Part shown: piece by piece, positions 1-9,217 of the stretch
Position numbering within the stretch: position 1 is the first letter of the stretch
Layout of the letters: every line of letters begins with the position of its first letter
Assembly (NCBI GenBank): GCA_965214935.1
Contig: CBDCCS010000018.1
Span: 224,001 to 288,000, forward strand
Length of the DNA stretch: 64,000 nt
Source: Candidatus Velthaea sp.
GTDB lineage: Bacteria; Vulcanimicrobiota; Vulcanimicrobiia; Vulcanimicrobiales; Vulcanimicrobiaceae
Direction of reading: 5' to 3'
Notes under the pieces: generated by a model
The model's input: the letters and a program-made list of their open reading frames with translations, nothing else
Database searches by the model: none
What the model was told of the DNA's origin: nothing
Program-made: the position numbers and the translations under genes

Positions 1-75
1 ATTACCGACGTCATGGTGCTGCGCGCCGAACATTTCATTCCGGAAGTTCGCGCGGCTACGGTACAGCGCGGGTAA
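1..75 (+). CDS. 3' end of a gene truncated by the window edge (unknown product)
   Basis: Frame 1 is open from base 1 (ITDVMVLRAEHFIPEVRAATVQRG) to TAA at 73-75 with high-GC codon usage, 69 nt before the next gene. Confidence 0.5.
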   Translation: MTDVMVLRAEHFIPEVRAATVQRG

Positions 76-144
76 GCTCCGGGCTACGGTTCCGCTCACG
101 CTTGCCTTTGTCGGGATTTTACAGTTTGTGCCGAAGGCGCGCGC

Positions 145-3100
145 ATGCGTACGCTCTCCGAGGTCTTTGCAGCCCGCGGCCCGCTGTTACCCGAAGGCCT
201 GCGAACGTTAGACGTCTCGCCGAACCGGACGATCGAGCCGGGCATGACCGTCTATGCGGCGTTTACATTTCGCAATCTGGGCGGTGGAACCGCGAGCGGC
301 TTTCGCGTCCGTTTCCGGTTGCCCGAAGGTCTGACGTATCTCGTCGGAACGGCGCGAATCGATGAAACGCCGCTCGACGAACTGGGCGGCCTCACGACGC
401 TGCTGCAAACGTCGGGAGCCGACATCGGCGAAATTCCGGCCGGCGGCGAGCGGCGCGTCTCACTTGCTTACACCGTCGCAACGACAATCGAAAACGGGAC
501 GCCGATAAGCCTGCAAGCGGCTATTGCCTCGTTCGACGTCCCGGTGATCGGTTCGAACATCGTGCGGCTCGTCGTCCGCAGCCGGCCCGTATTGCAGAAC
601 GCGAAAACGACGCTCGCTTTGTCGCCGACGCGCGAAGCGTTACCGGGCGAAGAGTTGCAACTTAGTGCGCGCGTACACAATAGCGGTCAGAGCAGCGCTC
701 ACGATCTCATCGTACTGCTGCCGCTGCCGGCGCATACCACGTACGTCGCGCACAGTGTCGGTATCGAAGGCCGCGCGTTCAACGGGACCTCCGAGGTCGA
801 ACCTTTTGGTTTTGCGCGACCGTCGGTCATCGCGCCGACGTTAGGTCCGGGAGCGACGGTCGATATCGGCTATCGCGTTCGGATCGACTCGCCGCTCGAG
901 GATGCAACGCCGATCGTTGCGCAAGGCGCGGTCTGCTCGCAAGAAGTCGCCGAATTCGCGTTCGCGCCGGTGACGATCAAAATACCGTCGGCGGCGCTGT
1001 TTGCCGGCGACGACACGTCGCTGCGCGTTGAATGCGACGACGAAGTCGAGCCGGGACAACGCGTGCGGATCGTGTTGCGCGCCCGGAACGGCGGCACGGC
1101 ACGCGCGCGCAAGCCGACGCTGAAAATTAGCCTGCCGGAGGGCATTGCGTTTTCGAGCGGATCGCTCAGTATCGACGGTCTCCCGGTCCCCGATCGCGGC
1201 GCGCAGCCCGATACGCTGACCATCGGCGATCTCGAACCGGGGCGTTCGGTTGAAATCGGCCTGACGGGCGTCGTGCGTTCGCCGGTCGCGGACGGCGTCG
1301 AACTGCGCATCGCCGCAGCCGTCGTCTGGTCGAAAGGTCAGCGCAAATTCGAGCGGATCGTGACGGCCCGCTCGCTGCCGCACTTTCCGCCGGCGTTCAA
1401 TAAAATCGAACGTGAAACGTCGCGCCGGGTTGGCCCCGCCGACAGCGTGAAGTATACGGTGGCGTTGCAAAACATGGGCAGCGATAGTGCCACCGACGTG
1501 CGGCTTCAACTTCATGCCGACGACGGCCTCGAGCGTCTGCACGTGTACGATAACGATCGCGAGGTGTCGATTAGTGATGACGGCGTCATTCCACTCGATA
1601 TGCTCGAACCCGGATCGGCGCGCGAATTGCGGATCGAAGCGCAGATTGCTGCGGTAATCGAGGACCAGACCGGTCTGCGTTTGCACGCCATGTTGTTGAC
1701 CGCGCAATGTCCGCCCGTCGATCTCGGCGCACCGGTGCACACGGTCGCATCGCGGCCGCGTTTCTCGGCAAAAACATCGCACCTCGCACTCGGCAGCGCC
1801 GAAGCGCTGCGGCCGAACCGTTTGAGTACGTGTCGCCTGGTGCTCGTCAACGAAGGCACCGATCGCGGGCGCGACGTGCGCGTTTTCTTGCAACCGCCCG
1901 ATGAGTTACGGCTCGAGCGCGTCGAGGATGCGACGCGCGATGGAAACATCGTCGTCTTCGGCGACATCCCGGCCGGTGAAAGCCGCGAGGCGATGTTGTC
2001 GTTCCGGCTTGTCGGTACCGTCGGCGGAGGCGATGTGCTGAGCATCGCGGCGCGTGCCGGCGGCTTGAACGTCGTGCCGTTCGGATTGACGACGATCGAA
2101 TTGGCAACGCACGCCGAAGCGTCGTTCGGTGAAGGCGCAACGCTCGTGGCGTTGCCGGGTGAAACGATCGACGCCGGCGCGGAGATCACCTACACGCTGT
2201 CGCTGCGCAACTGCGGTGACGGCGCTGCAAAACGGCTTGTCACGCGGGTTGCCGGTGTGACCAATGCGGTCTATGCGCCCGGCAGTACCACACTCAACGG
2301 CATCGCGCTGCAAGATTTCGCCGGAACGTCGCCGCTGTTGAGCGCCGCAGGTTTGACATTAGCCGACGTCGGGCCCGGTGTGGAAATTATCGCCCGCTGG
2401 CGAGTCATCGTGAATCTTCCGTTGCCGCCGGCGACAGCGATCGAAACGGCGGCAATCGTACGCTGGGATGAGTCCGCCGAGATCTCCATTGCTGCCCTAC
2501 CCGTTCGCGTCCACTCGACATCGGCGCTGCCGATCATCGAGCCGGAGCTACCGTTTTCGGTGCTCGGCGCGGTCGCCGCCCCCTTACGCTCGGGTGCGCT
2601 TGCGGCGCACAATACCTTCGTGACCCTCGAACCGGCATACACCGAATTACGGCCCGCGCTGCCCGTCGGTTCCAACGGCGGCACCTCCGGCGTGACGCCG
2701 GTAATGGTGCCCGCGATCGAATACGCGCAACTTCCGCCGGCCAACGGCGCGACCGCGGCAGAACCGGCCACGACGGCCGTCTTCCTAGATTTAAACGATG
2801 ATGAGCTTAGCTGGGTCGTTCAGTATCTCGAGCAAACCCGAATCGGCGGTCTGGTCGCACATTTGCTGGTACTGCGCGCATTGTTTCCGGACCGGGTCAC
2901 CGCTGCGGACCGCGCTGCGCGCAATCGTCTGCGCGCACATCGCGAACTTCTCGCAGGCGTCGCCGACCGGCTTTTCATCAAAGTTCGCTTGCCCGATTTC
3001 CCGCTCGAAGCAGCCGATGTCGAAACGGCCGAGCTGCGTTCGTCGCTGCTCGAGCTTTTGGGCGAATTGACGGCGAGCGGCGCCGAACGGCCGGCCATAC

Positions 3101-3423
3101 GTTCGGGTCTGCGCCTGCTCGAAACGCTCGACATCGCGGATTTGGCGGCTCGCATCGCGCCCTTGAATACCGGCGAGCTTGCGACCGCAGCGCCTTGGCA
3201 TGCGATGGTGCAACTCATCGGAACGACGCTCCAGCTCGACGGCGGGCCGATTGCCGACTTCAGCGTTTACCGCAATTTGCTGGCGCGCGAACTCGCGGCG
3301 CGTACGCACCTTGATGCAATTGAATTCGTCGCTTCGCTGCGCCGGCCCGTCGGCGCCGAACTCGATGCGGCACGTGAGTCGGTTATTCGGGTCTTGGCGG
3401 AACAACAACGTGTGCTAAACTAG
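145..3423 (+). CDS. Large DUF11/Ig-like tandem-repeat protein (about 6 repeats) with C-terminal helical domain
   Basis: 1092-aa ORF. Recurring PG-x-x-(V/I)-x-Y/F...N-x-G...LP-x-G...GS..IDG units near aa 30, 165, 300, 430, 555 and 675. No signal peptide or TM helix. Confidence 0.8.
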   Translation: MRTLSEVFAARGPLLPEGLRTLDVSPNRTIEPGMTVYAAFTFRNLGGGTASGFRVRFRLPEGLTYLVGTARIDETPLDELGGLTTLLQTSGADIGEIPAGGERRVSLAYTVATTIENGTPISLQAAIASFDVPVIGSNIVRLVVRSRPVLQNAKTTLALSPTREALPGEELQLSARVHNSGQSSAHDLIVLLPLPAHTTYVAHSVGIEGRAFNGTSEVEPFGFARPSVIAPTLGPGATVDIGYRVRIDSPLEDATPIVAQGAVCSQEVAEFAFAPVTIKIPSAALFAGDDTSLRVECDDEVEPGQRVRIVLRARNGGTARARKPTLKISLPEGIAFSSGSLSIDGLPVPDRGAQPDTLTIGDLEPGRSVEIGLTGVVRSPVADGVELRIAAAVVWSKGQRKFERIVTARSLPHFPPAFNKIERETSRRVGPADSVKYTVALQNMGSDSATDVRLQLHADDGLERLHVYDNDREVSISDDGVIPLDMLEPGSARELRIEAQIAAVIEDQTGLRLHAMLLTAQCPPVDLGAPVHTVASRPRFSAKTSHLALGSAEALRPNRLSTCRLVLVNEGTDRGRDVRVFLQPPDELRLERVEDATRDGNIVVFGDIPAGESREAMLSFRLVGTVGGGDVLSIAARAGGLNVVPFGLTTIELATHAEASFGEGATLVALPGETIDAGAEITYTLSLRNCGDGAAKRLVTRVAGVTNAVYAPGSTTLNGIALQDFAGTSPLLSAAGLTLADVGPGVEIIARWRVIVNLPLPPATAIETAAIVRWDESAEISIAALPVRVHSTSALPIIEPELPFSVLGAVAAPLRSGALAAHNTFVTLEPAYTELRPALPVGSNGGTSGVTPVMVPAIEYAQLPPANGATAAEPATTAVFLDLNDDELSWVVQYLEQTRIGGLVAHLLVLRALFPDRVTAADRAARNRLRAHRELLAGVADRLFIKVRLPDFPLEAADVETAELRSSLLELLGELTASGAERPAIRSGLRLLETLDIADLAARIAPLNTGELATAAPWHAMVQLIGTTLQLDGGPIADFSVYRNLLARELAARTHLDAIEFVASLRRPVGAELDAARESVIRVLAEQQRVLN

Positions 3424-3428
3424 CGCTC

Positions 3429-4013
3429 ATGGCCGTCGCAGTCGTTGCCGCCGTGCTGCTCGTAATGCTAATCGTCGGTCTGGTAGCGGTCCGGCGCGGC
3501 AGGCGGATGCCGGCAGTGGCAGCAGCGGCCGCCGACCGGCCGGCGTGCGACCATCCGACGGACGCTCGTTCGACCGGCGCCCTTGAAATGTCGGGCGCCG
3601 TAGAAGCCGTAGCGGCTTCACCCGTAGAGCCGGCGCAAGAAGCGTTGCCCGCCGCGATTGCGGTCGAAGCCGCAGCGACCGGCTCGCGGCCCGAGATGCA
3701 GTGGTGTCGCCAGTTCGATCCGCGCTCGACGGGTTTGGACGACACCGCCCGGCTGCGCTTGATCGGCGACCTCGGCGTCGTCGCCGACGATTGGTGCGTG
3801 CCGCTGCTGTGCAACGCATATCGCGAAGAGCAGCGGCCGGCAAATCGCGAAGCGGCGCTGATCGCCTTGACGGCCTGCCGCAGTCAGGATGCCGTTCCAA
3901 CGTATCGCCTTGCGCTAAAGTCAGAACACCTGGCCGAACGCGCAATAGCAACCGATGCACTCACCGATCTCGAACCTGCGCGTGCGACGCGTACGATTGT
4001 CGAGCGGCTCTGA
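3429..4013 (+). CDS. N-terminally membrane-anchored protein with HEAT/PBS-lyase-like repeats
   Basis: Hydrophobic N-terminal helix followed by RRGRR. C-terminal amphipathic repeats (ANREAALIALT, AERAIATDALT). Starts 5 nt after the upstream gene. Confidence 0.65.
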   Translation: MAVAVVAAVLLVMLIVGLVAVRRGRRMPAVAAAAADRPACDHPTDARSTGALEMSGAVEAVAASPVEPAQEALPAAIAVEAAATGSRPEMQWCRQFDPRSTGLDDTARLRLIGDLGVVADDWCVPLLCNAYREEQRPANREAALIALTACRSQDAVPTYRLALKSEHLAERAIATDALTDLEPARATRTIVERL

Positions 4014-4052
4014 CCGCTCTCGTTGAAGCCGACTTGCGCTAAAAGGATCAGC

Positions 4053-4457
4053 ATGCATATCGAACGTCTCGACCATGTGAACATCGCGGCCCGCGACATT
4101 GGCGCAACTCGCGACTTTTACGTCGATGTCATCGGCTTGAAGGTCGGCGACCGGCCGCCTTTCACGTTTCCGGGATATTGGCTGTACGACGACCGGGTTG
4201 CCGTCATTCATTTAACCGGATCCGACGGTGGGTCGACCGAGCGCGGCAGCGGCGCGATCGATCACATTGCTTTCCGCGCCGCCGGTTTAACGGCGATGCG
4301 CGCGCGACTGGAAGCCGCCGGTACCGCGTCGAGCGAACTTCTCATACCGCGTACCGGCGAACTGCAAATCTTTCTGCGCGATCCGGACGGAATCGCGATC
4401 GAGCTTACCTACGCCGCATCCGAAGTCGCCGCTACGCCCGAACTCGCGCGCAAATAA
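4053..4457 (+). CDS. VOC/glyoxalase family protein
   Basis: LDHVNI, FYVDVIGL, IDHIAF and FLRDPDGIAIEL motifs. AAGGA RBS before ATG 4053. Confidence 0.9.
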   Translation: MHIERLDHVNIAARDIGATRDFYVDVIGLKVGDRPPFTFPGYWLYDDRVAVIHLTGSDGGSTERGSGAIDHIAFRAAGLTAMRARLEAAGTASSELLIPRTGELQIFLRDPDGIAIELTYAASEVAATPELARK

Positions 4458-4459
4458 CG

Positions 4460-4696
4460 GTGCAAGCGCAGGCGCTGGCGCGTGCTTTAAACGTCTTGAC
4501 GAAATCTCCGCAGTTTTCGTACCTCAAGGCGCGTGCGGCGGCGCGCAAGGAGCAACATATCGACTGGCCGCGCACGAAGGCGCGGAATGAAGGCTTCAAT
4601 GCCGACGTGGACGGCTGCGAATCGTTTGTTCTGCTCGACGGTAGCGTTTGTGTTTGGAAGCCGGGCGCATACACCTATGTTGCCGTCGGAAAATAA
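4460..4696 (+). CDS. Small hypothetical protein (78 aa)
   Basis: GTG 2 nt after the VOC stop. Protein-like composition (VQAQALARALNVLTKSPQFSYLKARAA...GSVCVWKPGAYTYVAVGK). Fills the gap before a convergent gene. Confidence 0.55.
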   Translation: MQAQALARALNVLTKSPQFSYLKARAAARKEQHIDWPRTKARNEGFNADVDGCESFVLLDGSVCVWKPGAYTYVAVGK

Positions 4697-4716
4697 GTGT
4701 ATGCGCTTGATGCTTG

Positions 4717-5997
4717 CTAGTGAGCTGCGTGCGCGACGGTCGCCGCAGCGTCATCGCTGCGGATTGTTTGCACCGTGCCGTTTGCGGCAGCCGGAACGAG
4801 TTCGACCTTGAGCCAGCCTTCCTGGCGCCGGTCGAACGCCTCGTACGCCTCGATTGCCCCGGTCATCGGAGCTAATTGCGTGAGAATCCGTTCGGGTGTC
4901 AGCCGGCCGGTCTTCACCCACGACACGGCGTTCCACAGATACGCCCGGTGATTGCAATTACCGCTGCGCAACGACAAATTCTTGTTCATCGCAGCGCCGA
5001 TCGGAAATGCCTTCGCCGCCGGCGGATAGACACCGATAATTGAAATTGTTCCGGCCTTTCGTACCGCACCGACCGCCCACGTCAGCACCTGCGACGGCCC
5101 GTCGCCGGGGTGCCAGTTCGCGCCGTCGGGATGTTGTTCGGGCGCAACCTCGTGCATCTGTTTGTCAAACTCTTTGCCTTCGGCTTTGGCTTCGGCCAGC
5201 GCCGGTCCGGCTTGCGGGCGCATCGCATCGACGCCGACGGCATCGATGACGCGATCGGCGCCGTTCCCGTTTGTTAAGCGCATCAATTCGGCGATCGGTT
5301 CGGTCTCATCGAAGTTGATGACCTCAGCGCCTTGCGCTTGGGCGCGCTGCAGACGTCCGGGAATCCGATCGATTGCGAACACGCGTCCGGCGCCGAGCAT
5401 AAACGCCGACGTAATGGCGAATTGCCCGACCGGACCGCAACCGAAAACGGCGACGGAATTACCCGGCTCGATGTTTGCAATATCGGCGCCGAAGTAGCCG
5501 GTGGTGAAGATATCCGACAAGAGAATCGCCTGATCGTCCGTTACCTCGTCGGGCAATTTTACCGGCCCGACGTTTGCGAACGGGATGCGCGCGTACTCGG
5601 CTTGCAAGCCGTTGAAGGGTCCCGTCGTCGCCGGTCCGCCGAAAAACGCGGTCCCGGCTTGGGGACCGTTAGGATTCGCGACATCGCACTGCGCAAAGCT
5701 CCCCATTCGGCAAAATTGACATGCGCCGCAGCCGATGGTCGACGGAATGACGACCCGATCGCCGGGCCGCAGATTACGGACGGACTTACCGACTTCCTCG
5801 ACGACGCCGACACCCTCATGGCCCAGAATCGTTCCCGGTACCATGCCCGGGAAAGTCCCGCGAACCATGTGCAAATCGGTCCCGCAAATCGCACTCGATG
5901 TCAGCCGCACGATTGCGTCGGTCGGTTCTTTGATTTTCGGTTCGGCCACGGAGTCAAGCCGTATATCGCCGATTCCGTGGAACACAACTGCTTTCAT
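4717..5997 (-). CDS. Zinc-dependent alcohol dehydrogenase (formaldehyde dehydrogenase-like MDR family)
   Basis: AICGTDLH, GHEGVG, structural Zn motif CGACQFC...C, LSDIFTTGY, VFGCGPVG. Start taken at MKAVVFHG. Confidence 0.92.
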   Translation of the reverse strand: MKAVVFHGIGDIRLDSVAEPKIKEPTDAIVRLTSSAICGTDLHMVRGTFPGMVPGTILGHEGVGVVEEVGKSVRNLRPGDRVVIPSTIGCGACQFCRMGSFAQCDVANPNGPQAGTAFFGGPATTGPFNGLQAEYARIPFANVGPVKLPDEVTDDQAILLSDIFTTGYFGADIANIEPGNSVAVFGCGPVGQFAITSAFMLGAGRVFAIDRIPGRLQRAQAQGAEVINFDETEPIAELMRLTNGNGADRVIDAVGVDAMRPQAGPALAEAKAEGKEFDKQMHEVAPEQHPDGANWHPGDGPSQVLTWAVGAVRKAGTISIIGVYPPAAKAFPIGAAMNKNLSLRSGNCNHRAYLWNAVSWVKTGRLTPERILTQLAPMTGAIEAYEAFDRRQEGWLKVELVPAAANGTVQTIRSDDAAATVAHAAH

Positions 5998-6130
5998 GAG
6001 CTCGTCATGACCCAACTCAATTGGTGCCAAACAAGCTTACCTAAAGCGGTATTTAGCGTAGCAGCGCTTTGCAGGCGGCGGCAAGTCGCTTCAACAGGGA
6101 CTCGACGTAGGGCAGAGTAGCTTTTCCAAG

Positions 6131-6298
6131 ATGCCCGCGATTAAGATGATTCGAGCCGGAAAGCGCTATGGTTTCGAGTGTGCGGTGTGCCGACTGCGCG
6201 AGCTAAGCGCGGATCCGGCGGGTGCGCGCGCGGCCCGCATGCTTCACGTCGGTACTCCGGCGCATCGGTCGGCGCTTCGCGCGGCGCGTAAGGAGTAA
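6131..6298 (+). CDS. Candidate 55-aa C2H2-type zinc-finger microprotein
   Basis: My translation, below the ORF-track cutoff: MPAIKMIRAGKRYGFECAVCRLRELSADPAGARAARMLHVGTPAHRSALRAARKE. C-x2-C-x18-H-x5-H. Stop lies 6 nt from a convergent stop. Confidence 0.45.
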   Translation: MPAIKMIRAGKRYGFECAVCRLRELSADPAGARAARMLHVGTPAHRSALRAARKE

Positions 6299-6304
6299 GC
6301 GGGG

Positions 6305-6568
6305 CTAGTGCGGACTCATCATCGGATTGGGCGCCGGACTTTCGGGATTTTCGCCCGAGGCACTCGTTCCGCTGGTGGCTTCCGGATGCCGCTGGCTACG
6401 CTTAATCATCGTATCTTGCTTGTATTTCGCCTTGTGGATCGTTCTGGGCGCGATCGAAATTTTCGGCTTGGGCGCGGGGCTCGCACTCTGGGCGGAAACG
6501 AGCATCGGCGTATATGCCGCTAACGTTAGCGCAGCGAGTGCCGTCAACCGAGCGATCTGAAGCGTCAT
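6305..6568 (-). CDS. Small secreted hypothetical protein
   Basis: Sec-type signal (MTLQIARLTALAALTLAAYTPMLVSA-Q) followed by a Pro/Lys/Ser-rich tail. Confidence 0.7.
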   Translation of the reverse strand: MTLQIARLTALAALTLAAYTPMLVSAQSASPAPKPKISIAPRTIHKAKYKQDTMIKRSQRHPEATSGTSASGENPESPAPNPMMSPH

Positions 6569-6621
6569 GCCGACCCTGTTGCCTCAATGGGCACTTTCAA
6601 AACAGCTTGGCGGCTATGCGG

Positions 6622-7410
6622 TTACACCCATCCACCGTCGATGATGTAACTTTGACCGGTCATCGCCGAACTATCGTCGGCTGCAAGGAACAAAACGAGT
6701 CGCGCAACTTCATCCGGCAACAGATCGCGTTTGAGTGATTGCGCTTGCTGCACGGCGGCGGCATATTGCGGTGTGAGCCAAAGGCGGCGCTGCCGCTCGG
6801 TGATGATCGCGCCGGGCAATATACAATTGACGCGAATGGCCGCCGGCCCCAGTTCGTGCGCCAGCGTTCGGGTCAAACCGACGATGCCGGCTTTGGCCGT
6901 GACGTAGGCAGCTTGGTCGATCGACGGAATGAGCCAGCCGATCGAACTGATATTGACGATCGACCCGCCGCCCGCGATTTTCATTCCGTCAGTGACGGCT
7001 TGGATAGTGAAAAAATAGTGCCGCAAATTCACCGCCATGCGCTCGTCCCAATAGTCCGGCGTTATCTCGGCGGTTCGATGACGATCGTCGCTCGCGGCGT
7101 TGTTTACGAGCACCGCCACATCGCCCAAGCGCCGAGCCGCAGCGGCAAGCGCGCGACGCAGCGCCGCGATGTCCCTGACGTCGCATTCAATGAACGCGGG
7201 CGCATGCCTTACAGCTGGGGTCAGCCGCTCGACGAGACGAGTCGCCGCACTTGCATCAACATCGACGAATGCCACTTGCGATCCCTGTCGCGCAAAATGC
7301 TCGACGATCTCGGCGCCGATGCCCGAACCGCCGCCGGTCACGAACACCGTGCGATCGCGTAAGCTCGGATATGTCGCGTAGGCTGCGGCTGCACTTACCG
7401 GCTCACGCAT
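6622..7410 (-). CDS. SDR oxidoreductase, D-xylose/aldose 1-dehydrogenase-like
   Basis: YPSLRDRTVFVTGGGSGIG, NNAASDDRH, YVTAK, TERQRRLW; resembles the Caulobacter XylB-type subfamily. Confidence 0.85.
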   Translation of the reverse strand: MREPVSAAAAYATYPSLRDRTVFVTGGGSGIGAEIVEHFARQGSQVAFVDVDASAATRLVERLTPAVRHAPAFIECDVRDIAALRRALAAAARRLGDVAVLVNNAASDDRHRTAEITPDYWDERMAVNLRHYFFTIQAVTDGMKIAGGGSIVNISSIGWLIPSIDQAAYVTAKAGIVGLTRTLAHELGPAAIRVNCILPGAIITERQRRLWLTPQYAAAVQQAQSLKRDLLPDEVARLVLFLAADDSSAMTGQSYIIDGGWV

Positions 7411-7780
7411 ACTGCGCGATCCCGTCGCCGAACGACCAATTTTCTTTGCTCACTTCGATCAGGTTGACGATCATGTCGGCTTTCGGAACGCCCGGATCGA
7501 CGGACGCCAATTCGGCGATTCGCGCGTAGAGCGCACGTTTTTGTTCGACCGTCCGTCCGCCGTTCAAGGTGATTTGCACGATGACGACCGCCTCGGAATG
7601 TGCGATGCCTAAATACTGCGGCGGCCAAATGACGTGCCCGGTTGCGCCCGCGCTAATCACTTGAAAGCGGTCGTCGGCCGGCACGTTCATGCACTCGACG
7701 AGCGCACGATGAACGGCCGTTCCGATCGCGGCGCCGAACGCAGGGTCGCCGGTGTTGAGTGATATTCTTACAAGCGGCAT
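7403..7780 (-). CDS. Tautomerase family protein (MSAD/4-OT superfamily)
   Basis: Catalytic Pro-1 (MPLVRISL), VPADDRFQVI, GRTVEQKRALY, ENWSFGDG. Confidence 0.9.
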   Translation of the reverse strand: MPLVRISLNTGDPAFGAAIGTAVHRALVECMNVPADDRFQVISAGATGHVIWPPQYLGIAHSEAVVIVQITLNGGRTVEQKRALYARIAELASVDPGVPKADMIVNLIEVSKENWSFGDGIAQYA

Positions 7781-7877
7781 GGTACCGTACGCGGTTTGAC
7801 TTAAAGCCGCGCGCATCCCCGGACGCGCGTCAAGGCACAGACCGGCTCGGAATCGTAAGTTCAGCCCGGAGGCGTTC

Positions 7878-8624
7878 ATGGCAGAATTCGACGGTCTGGT
7901 GGCACTTGTTACCGGTGGAGCTTCAGGAATCGGTCTTGCGACGGCGGAGCTGCTTGCGTCGCGCGGCGCGCGCGTTGGAGTTCTCGATTTGCAGCCCGGG
8001 CCGGATACTCCGGAGATCAGCGGCTTTTCGGCAAACGTTGCCGATCAGGCATCGGTCGACGCGGCCGTGCGTGCAGTGCTCGAGCGCTTCGGAAGCTTGG
8101 ACATCGTCATCAACAATGCCGGTATCGGCGCGGCCGGCACGATAAGCGACAACGAACCGGACGAGTGGCATCGCGTTTTCGATGTTAATGTGGTCGGAAT
8201 TGCGCGGGTAACCCGCGCCGCACTGCCGCATTTGCGCCGCTCCCAGGCCGGCGCGATCGTCAATACATGCTCGATTGCGGCAACGGCGGGATTGCCGAAT
8301 CGCGCCGTCTACAGTGCAAGTAAGGGCGCGGTGCTCTCGCTAACACTTGCGATGGCAACCGATCTCGTGCGCGAGGGCATCCGTGTCAATTGCGTAAATC
8401 CCGGCACGGCCGATACGCCGTGGGTTGCGCGCTTGCTCGACAACGCGGAAGATCCCGAAGACGAACGCCGTCAACTTGCCGCGCGTCAGCCGATGGGACG
8501 GCTGGTCAGCGCACAAGAAGTTGCAGCGGCAATCGCCTATCTCGCAAGCCCGCTGGCGTCGGCGACGACCGGAACGTCACTGGCCGTCGACGGTGGAATG
8601 CAAGGGCTGCGTTTGCGCCGCTAA
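7878..8624 (+). CDS. SDR oxidoreductase (2-keto-3-deoxy-sugar-acid dehydrogenase-like)
   Basis: TGGASGIG, NNAG, YSASKGA, NPGTADTPWV, RQPMGRL. Confidence 0.88.
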   Translation: MAEFDGLVALVTGGASGIGLATAELLASRGARVGVLDLQPGPDTPEISGFSANVADQASVDAAVRAVLERFGSLDIVINNAGIGAAGTISDNEPDEWHRVFDVNVVGIARVTRAALPHLRRSQAGAIVNTCSIAATAGLPNRAVYSASKGAVLSLTLAMATDLVREGIRVNCVNPGTADTPWVARLLDNAEDPEDERRQLAARQPMGRLVSAQEVAAAIAYLASPLASATTGTSLAVDGGMQGLRLRR

Positions 8625-8628
8625 CCGG

Positions 8629-8970
8629 CTACGACGAGATTGCGGTTCCGGCGGCGCTCGGCGCGGTTGCGCCGCCGATCATATGAGCGGTTATGACCTC
8701 CATTGCACTCTCGAGCGCACCGTCGAGCATGCGTTCCATCTCCGCGAAATGCGGCTGCTGCATGTGATTGTCGAGACCGGCTTGGTCTTGCCATTGTTCG
8801 TAGAGCAGAAAAAGCGTCGGATCGTCGCTTGCGGAGTGCAGCGCATAGCCGATGTTCGCATTCTCTTGCACCGTCGGTTCGATCATATCCATAAGTGCAC
8901 GACGAACGCGGTCTTCGCTGCCGCGCTTGGCTTTGAATCGGGCGAAAACGTTGATGCCGGGAACATTCAT
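8629..8970 (-). CDS. ABM-family putative quinol monooxygenase
   Basis: FKAKRG, Y-x-LH...DPTLFLLYEQW, H-x-QQPHF. Confidence 0.85.
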   Translation of the reverse strand: MNVPGINVFARFKAKRGSEDRVRRALMDMIEPTVQENANIGYALHSASDDPTLFLLYEQWQDQAGLDNHMQQPHFAEMERMLDGALESAMEVITAHMIGGATAPSAAGTAISS

Positions 8971-9217
8971 GTCTGCACCGTCCCGCAAAGTGGTGGAAGC
9001 TCAACGCTGGTAGCGGACGCTGACTGACCGGGCCGGCAACCGTGACGTTCATCGCCATTGCGGCCGCCCACCGCGGGCAACAAGCCGCTTGGAGCCGGCG
9101 TGTTCGACTGCCCGCGCAAAACGGGCGGTTATGATTTTCAAAAGCGGGTAACTAAGTTCCAATAATTGCGCCCAGGAGTGAATCTATGTCCCACGCGCCG
9201 GAAGCTGCATTCGGCCG

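Noticed and set aside
841..1893. 350-aa minus-strand ORF, and many similar antisense ORFs over leuS, gyrA, clpB and the dehydrogenases
   Set aside because: Shadow ORFs expected from high-GC codon bias opposite well-supported genes; no motifs
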